A DNA stretch of 63,632 nt, the filler included, from Trichomonas gallinae (taxonomy: Eukaryota): the NCBI GenBank assembly GCA_008369845.1. It is 9 parts of 9 records of this genome, joined end to end, with 100 filler letters (N's around TTAATTAATTAA, not from the genome) between each part and the next. Parts side by side here need not be neighbours in the genome. Positions count along the whole stretch, not along the records: positions 1 to 1,739 come from MRSU01001044.1; positions 1,840 to 10,781 come from MRSU01001045.1; positions 10,882 to 27,940 come from MRSU01001050.1; 6 more parts are not named here. One strand, 5' to 3'. Position numbers and translations under genes: made by a program. This document shows positions 1 to 11,128 of the stretch, in pieces; position 1 is the stretch's first letter, and each line of letters opens with the position of its first letter. The notes under the pieces were generated by a model. It worked only from the letters and a program-made list of their open reading frames with translations, did not search any database and was not told the DNA's origin.

Positions 1-203
1 AATTTATTTTTTTTTTTTTTTTTTTTTTTTTGTATATCGATGCGACTTCTCCTGTGAATATTTTTTAGATAAAATTAAAAGAAAAGAATATTTAATGATC
101 AAATTCCGCGTTATTTTCGAGTAATGCAATGCTCCGAAGTTGAATTTAAACAAAAATAAAATTAAAAAAAATAAAAAATGGAACAACGCATTATTTCGAA
201 AAA

Positions 204-653
204 TCAAAAATCAAAATTAAGATCATCATTATATAATAATGAATTCTCGTTGATAGAATAAGGCTGCAAATCAACTTCGCCTTGAAAAATATCATCAATT
301 GGTGCTTGTGTGATATTGTAAATAATATTGAAGTATTCTTGTTGAATGTCTGGAAATACTCGCATAACTTTATCCCAGTTCTCGCAGAACCATATTATCA
401 TTCCTTCTCTTCTCCTCTTTAATATGTAATCCACTTTGACTGCAATTAACCTACTCGCGACCATAGCAAAATCATAAACACGGTCCTTTCTGTCTGATTG
501 GATGGTTTTAAATATGGTTTTTTCGACTTGTTCATATATTTGCTCAACACCCCTCCTTCTTAAACGGATCCTTTCATCAAAATTATCGTATTTGTTGTCT
601 ATTCTCTTCTTTGAAGGCTTGCACGAAATCACGGTGACCTCTACTGGCTGCAT
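204..653 (-). CDS. Parabasalid-type small basic protein (KRR..G.I.WFCENW family), putative DNA-binding
   Basis: 149-aa ATG ORF with TCATT Inr upstream. The motif VKVDYILKRRREGMIIWFCENW resembles an expanded trichomonad hypothetical family; function is inferred. Confidence 0.6.
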   Translation of the reverse strand: MQPVEVTVISCKPSKKRIDNKYDNFDERIRLRRRGVEQIYEQVEKTIFKTIQSDRKDRVYDFAMVASRLIAVKVDYILKRRREGMIIWFCENWDKVMRVFPDIQQEYFNIIYNITQAPIDDIFQGEVDLQPYSINENSLLYNDDLNFDF

Positions 654-1739
654 TGAATCAATTAATAATGATTAAAATCCAATTTTTGTCAAATTTATCC
701 CTCAAAAGACTTTCCATCCTTTTAGAAGTCGTACATCAATTTTTCAATTCCGAATATCTAACGGCGATGTCAGAAATTACCCATTTCAGTACCAAATAAT
801 TTTTTTCAAATGATTGTCAAAATAAAAACTTTTTGAGAAGCCAGATTATTTTTATTATAGTGACAATAAATTATCATAACAAAACAAGAATAATTAAATA
901 AAAACTTATTACCTGTCAATTGAAATGAAAGTGTTTGTGGGCTTGTAAATAACTCAAAAGTTGGAATTTTTAAAAATTGAACCAAAATTTTTGGATTGAT
1001 AAAAAGATTCCACCATAAATTCCACATTATAAGCCTTTTCTGTGATTATTGTTATTCGACAGTAAATGAATTTTTCAATTAATTTGTAGAATAATGTTCT
1101 GAAGTTGTTGATCAAAATAACATTATTATTCACATGATTTATATCATTAATTTTTAATTTGTAAAGATTTCGGATTCTTGTGAGCCTCAAGCGCAATGCA
1201 AATCTTTATTGATATTATTAACTCTCATGTAAAGAATGACTCAATATCTTGGATTTTGATATAGATTTGATATAAATTTAAACCATAATGAGTTCAGCAT
1301 GCTAAAATGCCGAAATCATGATTAAAATTCCAGGAAAATATCTAATTTTATTCTATAATTTTGATTAGATTAATATAGCATCAATAAAGTATGAGCTTAT
1401 ATCATTTTACATAATTCTAATTAATAATTTCATTTCCAATATGTATAGTTTATTTTTGAAATTTATATCATTATTTGAAAAACAATCATAATATTTATTT
1501 CATGATGTATAACTGTTTTACTCATATAATATATTGCTTTTCAGCTTTGATTGTAAAAGTTAATAAAAAATAATTTCATCTCAGTATTTTTATGTCTTTT
1601 TCAATCATTTTCATGTGTGCAGCATTCTCTCGATGTATTACCTCATTGGATGAATTTTAACAAAATTTCTGCATTGAATACAAGCTTTACCAGGATGCAT
1701 CATTCTTTTCGTTTTTTTTTTTTTTTTTTTTTTTTTTAA

Positions 1740-1839
1740 NNNNNNNNNNNNNNNNNNNNNNNNNNNNNNNNNNNNNNNNNNNNTTAATTAATTAANNNNN
1801 NNNNNNNNNNNNNNNNNNNNNNNNNNNNNNNNNNNNNNN
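1740..1839. other. Scaffolding gap with six-frame stop linker
   Basis: 44 N + TTAATTAATTAA + 44 N. Confidence 0.98.
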
Positions 1840-1919
1840 CCCGAGGGGGTCAAACTCATTAATCCTAGCTCGAAGCTGAGCTTTAGCTCAGCGGCACGAG
1901 CTCATTTGTGTGTGTGTCC

Positions 1920-1976
1920 TGTACCGAAATGCGGAACGAAAAGTGATGTGTTTACATGTCAGATTTGACACGTAAA
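1920..1976 (+). mobile_element. Diverged solo copy of the MITE terminal inverted repeat
   Basis: TGTACCGAAATGCGGAACGAAAAGTGATGTGTTTACATGTCAGATTTGACACGTAAA aligns ungapped to the TIR starting at 2611. Confidence 0.7.
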
Positions 1977-2610
1977 ATATGTAAAATATCAACAATAAAC
2001 GAAAATTGCATGTATTTTCAAACATTCTAAAATTCATAGCAACAAATTCTCCACGTGAAATCGAAACAATAGAATATTTTCTCGCTAATTGATTAATTCT
2101 GTTTCATGCTGGCACCGCAGAAAATTAAGATCTTTATAATTTAGTCTATGTGTATCAAATGAGCCAAATTGTTTTTGACACGCACGTAAAACATGAACTG
2201 CACACCAAATCACGTGTGATCCAGGGAAGAATAGCTCTATCTCCGTATAAATCTGCTTCGCGCAGTCGCAACAAAAGAATGTTTCTTCATAATTGATATG
2301 AGCTCAGGCGATGTACATTTCCAAAGTCTTCCTATTCCATGATGATTCTCTGGTTTTGCGATAAAATAAAAGAAATGGAATTCATTCATTTGGTGCATGG
2401 AATCGATGTTAAAGCAGTATAACCAGCGATAATGACCATTTTGTATTGATATTACAGCGTTTGAATACGTAATTATTTAATCATTAAGTAAGAAAGTAGA
2501 AAAGTGCGACTTCCATAAATTATAAATTTTTGTATGATAATGATATTTTCTTTTCTAATGGTGTATATCATTCTGAGATTCAAAATATCACATTATGTAT
2601 ATCAGAGTTC

Positions 2611-2915
2611 TGTACCGAAATTCGGATCGAAAAGTGACAAATTTACACATCAGATTTGGCACGTAAAGTGTCTATAAAGTGATATCGCCATTGGAAGAAA
2701 TCTGGTAAGAGCGAATACCACTTGTCTGCAGCAGAGTGTCATAATGTAGTATGACAATTTGCTGAAGACAAGTGGCACTCGCTCTTACCAGTGTCTAAAA
2801 AAAGATGAAATCTTCATTAAATATCACTTTTAAAGATACCCCTGTCACTTTTGGACACTTTACGCGTCAAATCTGACGTGTAAATAAGTCACTTTTCGAT
2901 CCGAATTTCGGTACA
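2611..2915. mobile_element. MITE / foldback element with ~62-bp TIRs
   Basis: 2611-2672 (TGTACCGAAATTCGGATCGAAAAGTGAC...GTAAAGTGTC) is the near-perfect reverse complement of the segment ending at 2915. No ORF. Ends can be read as TA|CCG...CGG|TA (Tc1/mariner/pogo-type TA target). Confidence 0.8.
2702..2791. repeat. 90-nt hairpin nested in the MITE
   Basis: 42-nt arms (CTGGTAAGAGCGA...TGTCATA / TATGACA...TCGCTCTTACCAG) with 5 non-Watson-Crick positions and a 6-nt loop ATGTAG. Confidence 0.9.
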
Positions 2916-3139
2916 TTATGTATTTGAGAATGTTGTAGAGTGTAGATTTCAAAAAGTGGGAATTTTTGTAGCTTGCCATGACATTATACAGGTAAGCATC
3001 AGAAATGCATTATCACGCTTGACAACTATCAAAAATATCACATTATCTCACTTTACAATAAGCATATAAATAATCGGGCCAGTGAGTGGCGGCGATGAAA
3101 TGTTTGGTACTTACTTTACAAACATCTAAAATTTCAATC

Positions 3140-3245
3140 ACACTTTACAAAAATTCAAAATATGTCATTATAACACTTTACAAAATTTCAAATCCGACAT
3201 TATGACACTTTACAAAATTTCAAATTTGACATTATGACACTTTAC
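3140..3245 (+). repeat. Tandem ~32-bp repeat (3.3 copies) upstream of the DOCK gene
   Basis: ACACTTTACAAAATTTCAAAT..GACATTATG units start at 3140, 3173, 3205 and 3237. Confidence 0.85.
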
Positions 3246-3424
3246 AGTGCCAGAATTTTCTAGCAGTTGTCACTTTTGCATCGTTTTGATATGTATAAAA
3301 ATTACATACATAATACAAATATGTAAAAACGAAAGAATTAAAATTGAATAGTTTACAGAACCCAAAAATTTTCAAAATTGTAGGGAAATGTAAAATTTTT
3401 CTGTCAAAAAAAATTGACTGATAA

Positions 3425-6400
3425 ATGTCATTATCGTGGGATGCCGACAAGCTGATCAAAGAATGGCTTGATAGGCAGCGAGCAAAACCAGAAAACTCGA
3501 ATTGGACAGAACCATTCATTAGAGCATGCATAATGACCAAAAATCCTTTTTATTCGGAATTTGCAAATAGCTTCACTAAACTCCCATCTTTCGATAATAA
3601 TAAGATTGTGCGACTATATTGTAACCGAACATTTGAACTAAAATATACAGATTGCACGATCGCAAAATTCACACCAACACCGCCAAGAAAAATCACGTTT
3701 CTATCTGACTGCAGGCTTAATTCGTCCCTAAGTATACCAAAAATCACAGCTGTACCAATTCTTCAGTCTTATTGGACAGGAAAGAAAATCGATATCATCA
3801 ATCCTCCAGTGAATCTCGGCGCTGTTGTTCAAAGAAAGACATCATCGTACTTTCAGTTCTCCATTTCGGAGTTTTCTACGCACGGGGAGCTTTTCGAGCC
3901 TTTATTATTTTCCGGATTTATGTTTAATGGACAGAAAATCGTATCGGAGCTTTGGAACTTTGTTCCTTTGCCATGCGCAGAGATATTACGTGTAACAGAC
4001 ACAAAATGCATCGAAAATATAAAAGTTGTATATCGACTGAATGAAGTTTCGGAGAAATTATCGCTTGTTATCTTGATTTTCCACCCTTACTCACAGAAAA
4101 ATGGCACTGCAGTGCTGTCAGCCTACGGAAAAAATGCAACTTCGATTGAAGATGCTCAGCAAATCGTTCAAAAAGCGCGAAGTTCGGATATTACTAACTA
4201 CTGCCAGCTTGGGTTTTACATTGTTCCACTGCCAAATTTGCTGGAAAATGAAGTTTTGCCGCCACCATTTATTGAAACTGAAACTGTCACAGAAAAAATG
4301 CTACAAAACATAATACAAGGTGGTATAAAGTATCCAGCTGAAGACAAACTCGGAATTACAATGAAAATTCATATAGCAGCGCGTGAAATCGACGATAGTA
4401 AGGTAATGCAGCATAATAACTTATTGGGCTCCATGAATTATCCAGTGATGGAGCCAGTTTTGAACTTTAGACATACTTTATTGCTTGAATTAATCGAAGC
4501 AAATATTAAATTGCCATCATGGTTCGAAGATGCCGTTTATGTCAAAGTCGAGATGAAGCGTGAACTTGATGGCACTGGGATTCCGCTTATTAAAGACAGG
4601 TTTTCTCAAAATCACGTAGATTTTGTTAAATCTATTGCTGTTCCAGCGCACAAGGTCATTAATATGAAAGAAACCTTTGTACTCGATCTACCTCTTAATA
4701 TAGAACAAGGATTTGTCGTTGTTTTCACTTTTATTTCGATTCGTCAAAAAGGAAACAAATTCATTGAAGAGCCAATTGGATATTCATTCATTCACCTGAT
4801 CTCAAACAATGGCAAACACGTTGCTCTCAACGGTGGAGAATTCGAATTAGCGATTAATGATATGAAATCTTCATCCCCTTCGTCAATGAAAGGTAATAAT
4901 GCATATTACTGCAAAGTTAAAGCAACACGTAGATCAATTTTAATACCATCAACAGCTAGTCTTGAGAAATTATATTCGCAAATTAAAGTTAATATTTATT
5001 CCCTTGAAGATTACAAGAATGTTGATCCCACTACTCTTCTTAGAAACTCGTTACCAATTTTTGATGCATTAGTCAGCAATTATAATTACAATCCATCGGA
5101 AATTTTCAAAATATTTTTATATTTCTCAGAAATATCTAAAGACATATGCCAAAAGAGCTTCGAGAGGTTCCTGGATGTATTCTCGGTCCATTTCGCCTTC
5201 ATGCACACGGGAAACTCAAAGCACGAGTTCCACATAAAACTTCTCGAAAACTGGACAAATTTCATTCGCAGCGAGAGCGAAAATATCAGGAATGGAATCA
5301 GAAGGGATTTCACATTGATGAACTTCTTCTTTGTACTTCTCATCAAGTCTATATATGTCACAAAGGACAACGATTTTCATCTGGAAATCAATCTTTTTAT
5401 CGACACATTCACGAAATCGATTTCCTCGCTAAACAAAGCCAACCATCAGCTTGCGATACAATGCCTCCACATATTCTCACTCTTCATTTTGGGCCTCTTC
5501 GATATCGGATTCTATACTTCAGCAATTGACGCAATAGAAGCACAAGTCAGATCATTCGGTGACACGAAAAGTGATGTTGACGCGATGCTGTTTTTCTTTG
5601 AGACAACTTTGCAACCTAAAATTTTGTCTTCATCATTATTACACATGAAGCACTTTTCTACATTCCTAAACAGCCAGATCAACAGAACACTCGTCAATAC
5701 GCAAGATATCAATGAACTTCTGAAAATTTTCAAAATACTTAACTATAATATAGCTTGTCTTCCATCAAACATCGCCGCTGACGTTTCTCTTGAATTATTG
5801 TCGACACTAGAACACTTCCCATCCTTGATATTGTCGTCATCTACAACAGATGAGAGCCCATACGTATCAACATTCATCTTTATGCTCGAAAATTTGACGC
5901 CAAACAATTTCAAGCAGTTTGCAAGTGACAAAAATTTCGTCGACAAATTCTTCAAATCAATTATGAAGTCTATTGACTTCATCAGCTATGGAGGCCATGC
6001 GAACGACAGCCGCACAGACAGATTCTCTTACATGCACTGCAGGACAGAAAAAGAACTCGGAAGGACAGCGCATAACGAACTTTTCCGCGAAAGAGCCTTT
6101 TCGTGCCAGAGCATCATGTTGAGGTTTTTGAAGCGTTTCATCAACGAAGTTTCCTTCCTTGACTATTTGATATTAACTTTGTATCAGCTCTTCTGCTCGA
6201 ATCTTGTTGTGAACTTAGTTGAAAATTACGTGAACTTCCTCAGAGAATTACTATTGGCACATCCCAAACAATTAATCGAAAACAAAAAAGTCGTTTTTGC
6301 AAAATTCGTCATGAAAGTTTTGGAGTTGACAAGGTTCACAGAAAAAGGCGCACAGTTCTTCAACACGTTATATGAAATTGACATGCAAACTTTTGGATCA

Positions 6401-7897
6401 AACAACAGATCAGAAGCAATAATACAAAAAGTTATTTATAAAATGCCAATTTTTGCGATCGCTGAGATTGTTTTAGGACAGTGCCACACGAGAAGCTTAA
6501 TCCAGAAATACCAGAAAGTCCTAAAGCAAATGGAATCATCGAGCCAAAACATGGAGTTAGTTACGAGCGCTGTTTTCCAGAAATTGTATGTCTTCAATCA
6601 TTCACCGGACGCAATGTGCGAGATTTTCACTGAATTAGCGAACTACAATAATATGTACGGCAACTACTTAGAGTATGCGATGTGCAATATAACAATTGCT
6701 GCTTTGGTTTTGGAGTATAACTATTTGCTTGGAAGAATCAAGAAGATTTTCGGCGACGACTCTCCAGCGAAAGCATTAAAACACATCTGCCCATTCACTG
6801 AGTTCGTTATATGCCCAGACAACATATTTAGAGATATACCAAACATTCCTTCTTACTGCGATTCTAGGTATTTCCACATCCCTTACATCTGTGAGCACAT
6901 TGGAAAAATCTCGAACTTTTGCAACGAAAAAGGTTATTATGAATTAACGTTGACTATGATCGATCTTGTTGTTCCTTTCCTGGAATTCACAGGCGATTAC
7001 GGATTATTATCCTCATCTTTGATGACATTGAGTAATACGGCAAGCAGTTTGAGTAAAGTCACTAAGGATCAAGAAAGATTGCTCGGAATGTACTATAGAG
7101 TTAACTTTTTCGGAGAAATTTTCAAAGATGATGACAGAAAATCTTTCATCTACAGAGAAATCAATCTGACGAATGTCTTCACGTTCAGCAAGCGAATAAC
7201 GCAAGACATGCAGGCGATGCATCCGGGCAAGAAGATAGAAGTCATCACTGAATCACAGAAAGTCGATGAATCGAAATTGTTGCCTGATGTCGGTTATATA
7301 CAAATCGCATCTGTTGAACCGCGAATCAACAAGGACCAACGAAGACTCAAAAAATCTCAGTTCGAAGAGAAAATGTTTAATTCTATTTTCTACTTTGACA
7401 CACCATATGTTCGTGGCAAGAACTCAGCTCAAGGATCTATCGACGTCCAATGCATAAGAAGGATGACATTTGAGGTCCAGTTTCCGATGCCTTTTGTGCT
7501 AAAAAGGCAGCAGATTATTTCAGTTGACACGAAAGAATTTGATCCGGCGAATGTTTCTCTGAGGATGCTCAAAGATAGAGTTTCAATGATGCAGTCTTAT
7601 CTTGACCAAAAAGTCACGTCACTAATACAGCAGCAGTTGAACGGAAACCTGCTTGTTCAAGTGAATGAAGGCCCGAAGAGAATCGCTGAAGTTTTCCTCG
7701 GAGAAAACTCAAATGCTGATGATAAAACAAAAGAAAAACTCAAAGCTGTCTTCAAAGAGTTTTTGGAGGTCAACAAAAACGCATTGAGAGTCCACGCGGA
7801 CTATGTTGCACAGAACACAATGTTCATGAACATGCAACAAGAACTCGAAAGCGGTTATGAAGCTCTTTCTGATTTTCTTTCGAAATATATTGTTTAA
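3425..7897 (+). CDS. Dedicator of cytokinesis (DOCK-C/D, zizimin-like) Rho-family GEF
   Basis: 1490 aa. C-terminal DHR-2 motifs GMYYRVNFFG, FIYRE, YIQIASVEP, FYFDTPY, FPMPFVLKRQ and LNGNLLVQVNEGP (nucleotide-sensor Val). DHR-1/C2-like region around aa 350-500. No SH3 domain. Confidence 0.92.
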   Translation: MSLSWDADKLIKEWLDRQRAKPENSNWTEPFIRACIMTKNPFYSEFANSFTKLPSFDNNKIVRLYCNRTFELKYTDCTIAKFTPTPPRKITFLSDCRLNSSLSIPKITAVPILQSYWTGKKIDIINPPVNLGAVVQRKTSSYFQFSISEFSTHGELFEPLLFSGFMFNGQKIVSELWNFVPLPCAEILRVTDTKCIENIKVVYRLNEVSEKLSLVILIFHPYSQKNGTAVLSAYGKNATSIEDAQQIVQKARSSDITNYCQLGFYIVPLPNLLENEVLPPPFIETETVTEKMLQNIIQGGIKYPAEDKLGITMKIHIAAREIDDSKVMQHNNLLGSMNYPVMEPVLNFRHTLLLELIEANIKLPSWFEDAVYVKVEMKRELDGTGIPLIKDRFSQNHVDFVKSIAVPAHKVINMKETFVLDLPLNIEQGFVVVFTFISIRQKGNKFIEEPIGYSFIHLISNNGKHVALNGGEFELAINDMKSSSPSSMKGNNAYYCKVKATRRSILIPSTASLEKLYSQIKVNIYSLEDYKNVDPTTLLRNSLPIFDALVSNYNYNPSEIFKIFLYFSEISKDICQKSFERFLDVFSVHFAFMHTGNSKHEFHIKLLENWTNFIRSESENIRNGIRRDFTLMNFFFVLLIKSIYVTKDNDFHLEINLFIDTFTKSISSLNKANHQLAIQCLHIFSLFILGLFDIGFYTSAIDAIEAQVRSFGDTKSDVDAMLFFFETTLQPKILSSSLLHMKHFSTFLNSQINRTLVNTQDINELLKIFKILNYNIACLPSNIAADVSLELLSTLEHFPSLILSSSTTDESPYVSTFIFMLENLTPNNFKQFASDKNFVDKFFKSIMKSIDFISYGGHANDSRTDRFSYMHCRTEKELGRTAHNELFRERAFSCQSIMLRFLKRFINEVSFLDYLILTLYQLFCSNLVVNLVENYVNFLRELLLAHPKQLIENKKVVFAKFVMKVLELTRFTEKGAQFFNTLYEIDMQTFGSNNRSEAIIQKVIYKMPIFAIAEIVLGQCHTRSLIQKYQKVLKQMESSSQNMELVTSAVFQKLYVFNHSPDAMCEIFTELANYNNMYGNYLEYAMCNITIAALVLEYNYLLGRIKKIFGDDSPAKALKHICPFTEFVICPDNIFRDIPNIPSYCDSRYFHIPYICEHIGKISNFCNEKGYYELTLTMIDLVVPFLEFTGDYGLLSSSLMTLSNTASSLSKVTKDQERLLGMYYRVNFFGEIFKDDDRKSFIYREINLTNVFTFSKRITQDMQAMHPGKKIEVITESQKVDESKLLPDVGYIQIASVEPRINKDQRRLKKSQFEEKMFNSIFYFDTPYVRGKNSAQGSIDVQCIRRMTFEVQFPMPFVLKRQQIISVDTKEFDPANVSLRMLKDRVSMMQSYLDQKVTSLIQQQLNGNLLVQVNEGPKRIAEVFLGENSNADDKTKEKLKAVFKEFLEVNKNALRVHADYVAQNTMFMNMQQELESGYEALSDFLSKYIV

Positions 7898-8736
7898 TTA
7901 AAATGTTATTGTTTTCTTTTTCAATTAGTTTACGTTTTTAATTATAAATTTTTGAATTCCAAAATTATTATTCATTATTGATCTGAAATGTTATGTTTCA
8001 AACAAGAAATACATATATAATATGGTCTTATATAATCATAGTAGTGATATTAAAGACCATTCTTGAATAAACTTCGATATCATACACAGAAAAAAAAAAT
8101 TAGCAAATTAATGACTTGGCAATATGAATATTTTAAGCACAACAGACAGGAGAATCAGATTGGTCAGATTCACGATATTTGTCACAAGATTTGTTGTAAC
8201 ATATGTCTTGGCAGCCAAAAATTAGCTGGGAACAACAAGCTTTGGTTGCGCTCGCTAGTATTATGAAGCGCGTCAGGACGCTTTGCGGATCGGAAATCAA
8301 ATCCGAAGAAATAAAGGGATAGCAGTCTAGCTGGCTCGAAAAAGTTGTCTAGCTACATTTTTCTTGTAAAAGATGCCTGAGTTCATGGATTTCTGTCGAG
8401 ATCGCGGAGGATCTTAGAGATCAGCGAGGATCTAAAGTCAAGACAGCAAAGAATAGCTTCTATAACGATAACAGAAGCAACTTTATGCGCGGATAGATTC
8501 ATTCTCGTGAGCTGTAGGCAAACTTTGAATTCTTTGCAAAAAATGATTAAATTAAGGTAAGGGATTAATATTGTAACATAGCAATGATGTATAGATCACG
8601 ATTGAATGCAATATTGACCCGAGTAAAATAATCGTTATCGTCCATGACAATCCCTGCCAAAAAGGTCAATGAAAATTCATCTTATTCATTAGCGAAAATA
8701 ATGATAATCAAACGGTTTACATAACAAATTTTTTAA

Positions 8737-10781
8737 ATGTTCTTTCTTTTCGCTTTTTCGTCTGCTATTTCAAATGCTATCCCATTCGATGAGCATGGAA
8801 ACATTGATGTAAATAGATTCCTCTCAATGGATACTGCCATGGAACCAACCTTCCAGACAATCGAGGAAGATGATGATGAGGACAAGTATCTTGATGGCAA
8901 GATTAATGCAGCTATATTACTCACAAAAGGCGACTCGAATGCAACAACAGCTAAACGTACTCATGAATATTATTTGTCTTCAATTACTGTTAATTTAGCC
9001 AACGGCGGTGTTGAATTTAGCAATAACTTTGCATTTGGTGCCGGAATCGCAACGGGTTCTGGAGGCGGCATGTTTGTATCATATTGCACTCTTCAAACAG
9101 AAGGCGAGACAGCTAATCATAAATTCAATTTCACAAACAATCAGGCCACTGTAGGAGGTGCGATATGCATCCTTGCATCTTCTGTTTTGTTATCAAACGG
9201 ATATTTCGAAAGCAATATTGCTTACCGCTTTGGTGGCGCTCTTTATGTTCAAGGTGCATACGCTAAAGATACTAAAGAACTCGCTCCAAGTGTGAAATTC
9301 TACAACTATGATTCCACATACACCTCAAATAAAGGTCCAGAATATGGCGGTGCAATTTGCTTCTCCCTTGTCACAGAAGTATATATAGCTAATGCTAATA
9401 TCAATAAAAATCAGGCAGCTTTTTGTGGTGCCGGAATTTTTGCATGCAACACTGGCGGTATTAAAATTTATGACTCAATATTTACGGAAAACAAGCTTGA
9501 TTACGTAACAAATAATTTGCGTCAAAAGTCATTGACAAATTCAAATCACAAAATATTAAACGGGGTAATGCCTCCTTTCCAAAGTTCACGCGGTGGAGGT
9601 GCTATTTGTTATGTTGCTGCTGATGATAGTGATGATACAACTCGACTTGCAAGGATCCTTGCCACTGCTAAATGCTGTTTCGCAGGTAATGGAGCTGTGA
9701 AAGATCAATCTAGAGCAAACAACAATAATAATCCAAGTCCAGGTCATACCATTCTAGTTGATGGACATATCAATTGGATCTCAGAGAGTGATGGTATCGA
9801 TAGCAAAGTTCCTCAATATTATACCAAACAAATTGCTAATGCTAACGGTGCACAAGTTTACATCCGAAATAACGTTTCACGAACAGATTGTGTAAATGGT
9901 ATTATAGAGATTGTTTCAAATTCAACTATCTTTTCAAATGCAACTCAAAGTAATACAGGAAATTCAAACGTGACATCTGCAGTTCCTGAACCTACAACAT
10001 TCACATATTTTGCAACTCCTATTACTCGATTGCCTCAAAGGACGTCAAGCCATAAGAATTATGGCACAACACTTGACCCCAAGAATTTTCCTTTCCATAG
10101 ACTGACAACATATACATTCAACACTGAAATCCCGAGCGCTACAACACCAGTTTCAACACCTTCTTCAACACCCTCTTCAACACCAAGTTCGACACCAGCT
10201 TCAACACCAAGCTCGACACCTTCTTCAACACCAAGCAGTACACCTTCTTCGACGCCAAGCAGTACACCTTCTTCGACGCCAAGCAGTACACCTTCTTCAA
10301 CACCAAGCTCAACACCTTATTCGACACCAGGGCGAACTGTTAGTCCAACACGTTCCCGTATGCCAGGGTGGATAAATCCATCAAGACCACCACCTGACTA
10401 CACCGGACCAGTGACAACCATTTCCATATCTACGTGGAAAGAAATTAAAATTAAAACCAATTCTACAATTATTCAATATGATAAAGACGGATCAAGAATC
10501 GAAATTGTAACTGAAATACCTACAGTGACATTCACCATTGCCATTGAAAATGTTCAAATTATTGCTCCAGAAGATGGAAATAAGCCTGAAAAGAAGAACA
10601 TTCTCCCAATCATTATCGGCGCTGCAGTAGGAGGCTTTATCTTGATTATCATTATCGCTATTCTCGTTTGGTATCTCAGTGGTAGGAATCATAATGAGTC
10701 ATCAAGTGAAACATGCATTGAAATGGCCGAAGAAACAGTTATGCAGGTGCCAGACAGTTCCACAGCACCAGTTACTAATGA
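8737..10781 (+). CDS. Polymorphic membrane protein (Pmp)-like type I surface protein, 3' end lost in gap
   Basis: Signal-like MFFLFAFSSA; repeated FxxN / GGA(I/L) motifs; Ser/Thr/Pro stalk; TM helix ILPIIIGAAVGGFILIIIIAILVWYL; acidic cytoplasmic tail running into Ns. Confidence 0.85.
10153..10329 (+). repeat. 12-bp coding tandem repeat encoding (STPS)n mucin-like stalk
   Basis: About 15 consecutive S-T-P-S units in the Pmp ORF, with synonymous variants. Confidence 0.9.
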
Positions 10782-10881
10782 NNNNNNNNNNNNNNNNNNN
10801 NNNNNNNNNNNNNNNNNNNNNNNNNTTAATTAATTAANNNNNNNNNNNNNNNNNNNNNNNNNNNNNNNNNNNNNNNNNNNN
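10782..10881. other. Scaffolding gap with stop linker
   Basis: 44 N + TTAATTAATTAA + 44 N. Confidence 0.98.
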
Positions 10882-11128
10882 TTTTTTTTTTTTTTTTTTT
10901 TTTTTTTTTCTTGTTTGTTTGATGAATTATGAGAAAGAAATTGATATTATTTCATTATGACCTTAATATAGAGCCAACAACAAAACTGTTATTTAATAAT
11001 TCTATTTGAGTTTTAAATATTCCATATGGAATAACTGTTTTTAGATTAAAGTCTCTTCTGTAAGTATTGTATTGATTATTAGATTAATATAAATGAACAG
11101 TGGAGAGAATTGTTTATACATAAAATAA

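Noticed and set aside
806..1196. Two short minus-strand ORFs (73 and 80 aa), also 4-207
   Set aside because: AT-rich with F/I/K/N-biased translations and no motifs; consistent with non-coding DNA.
1784..1795. TTAATTAATTAA repeated eight times inside N runs
   Set aside because: Identical 44N-12-44N structure each time: an artificial six-frame-stop linker, not biology.
1865..1892. Hairpin followed by CTAG on the minus strand (Helitron 3'-end-like)
   Set aside because: Spacer is only 6 nt, CTAG is followed by G rather than T, and no 5' TC end was identified.
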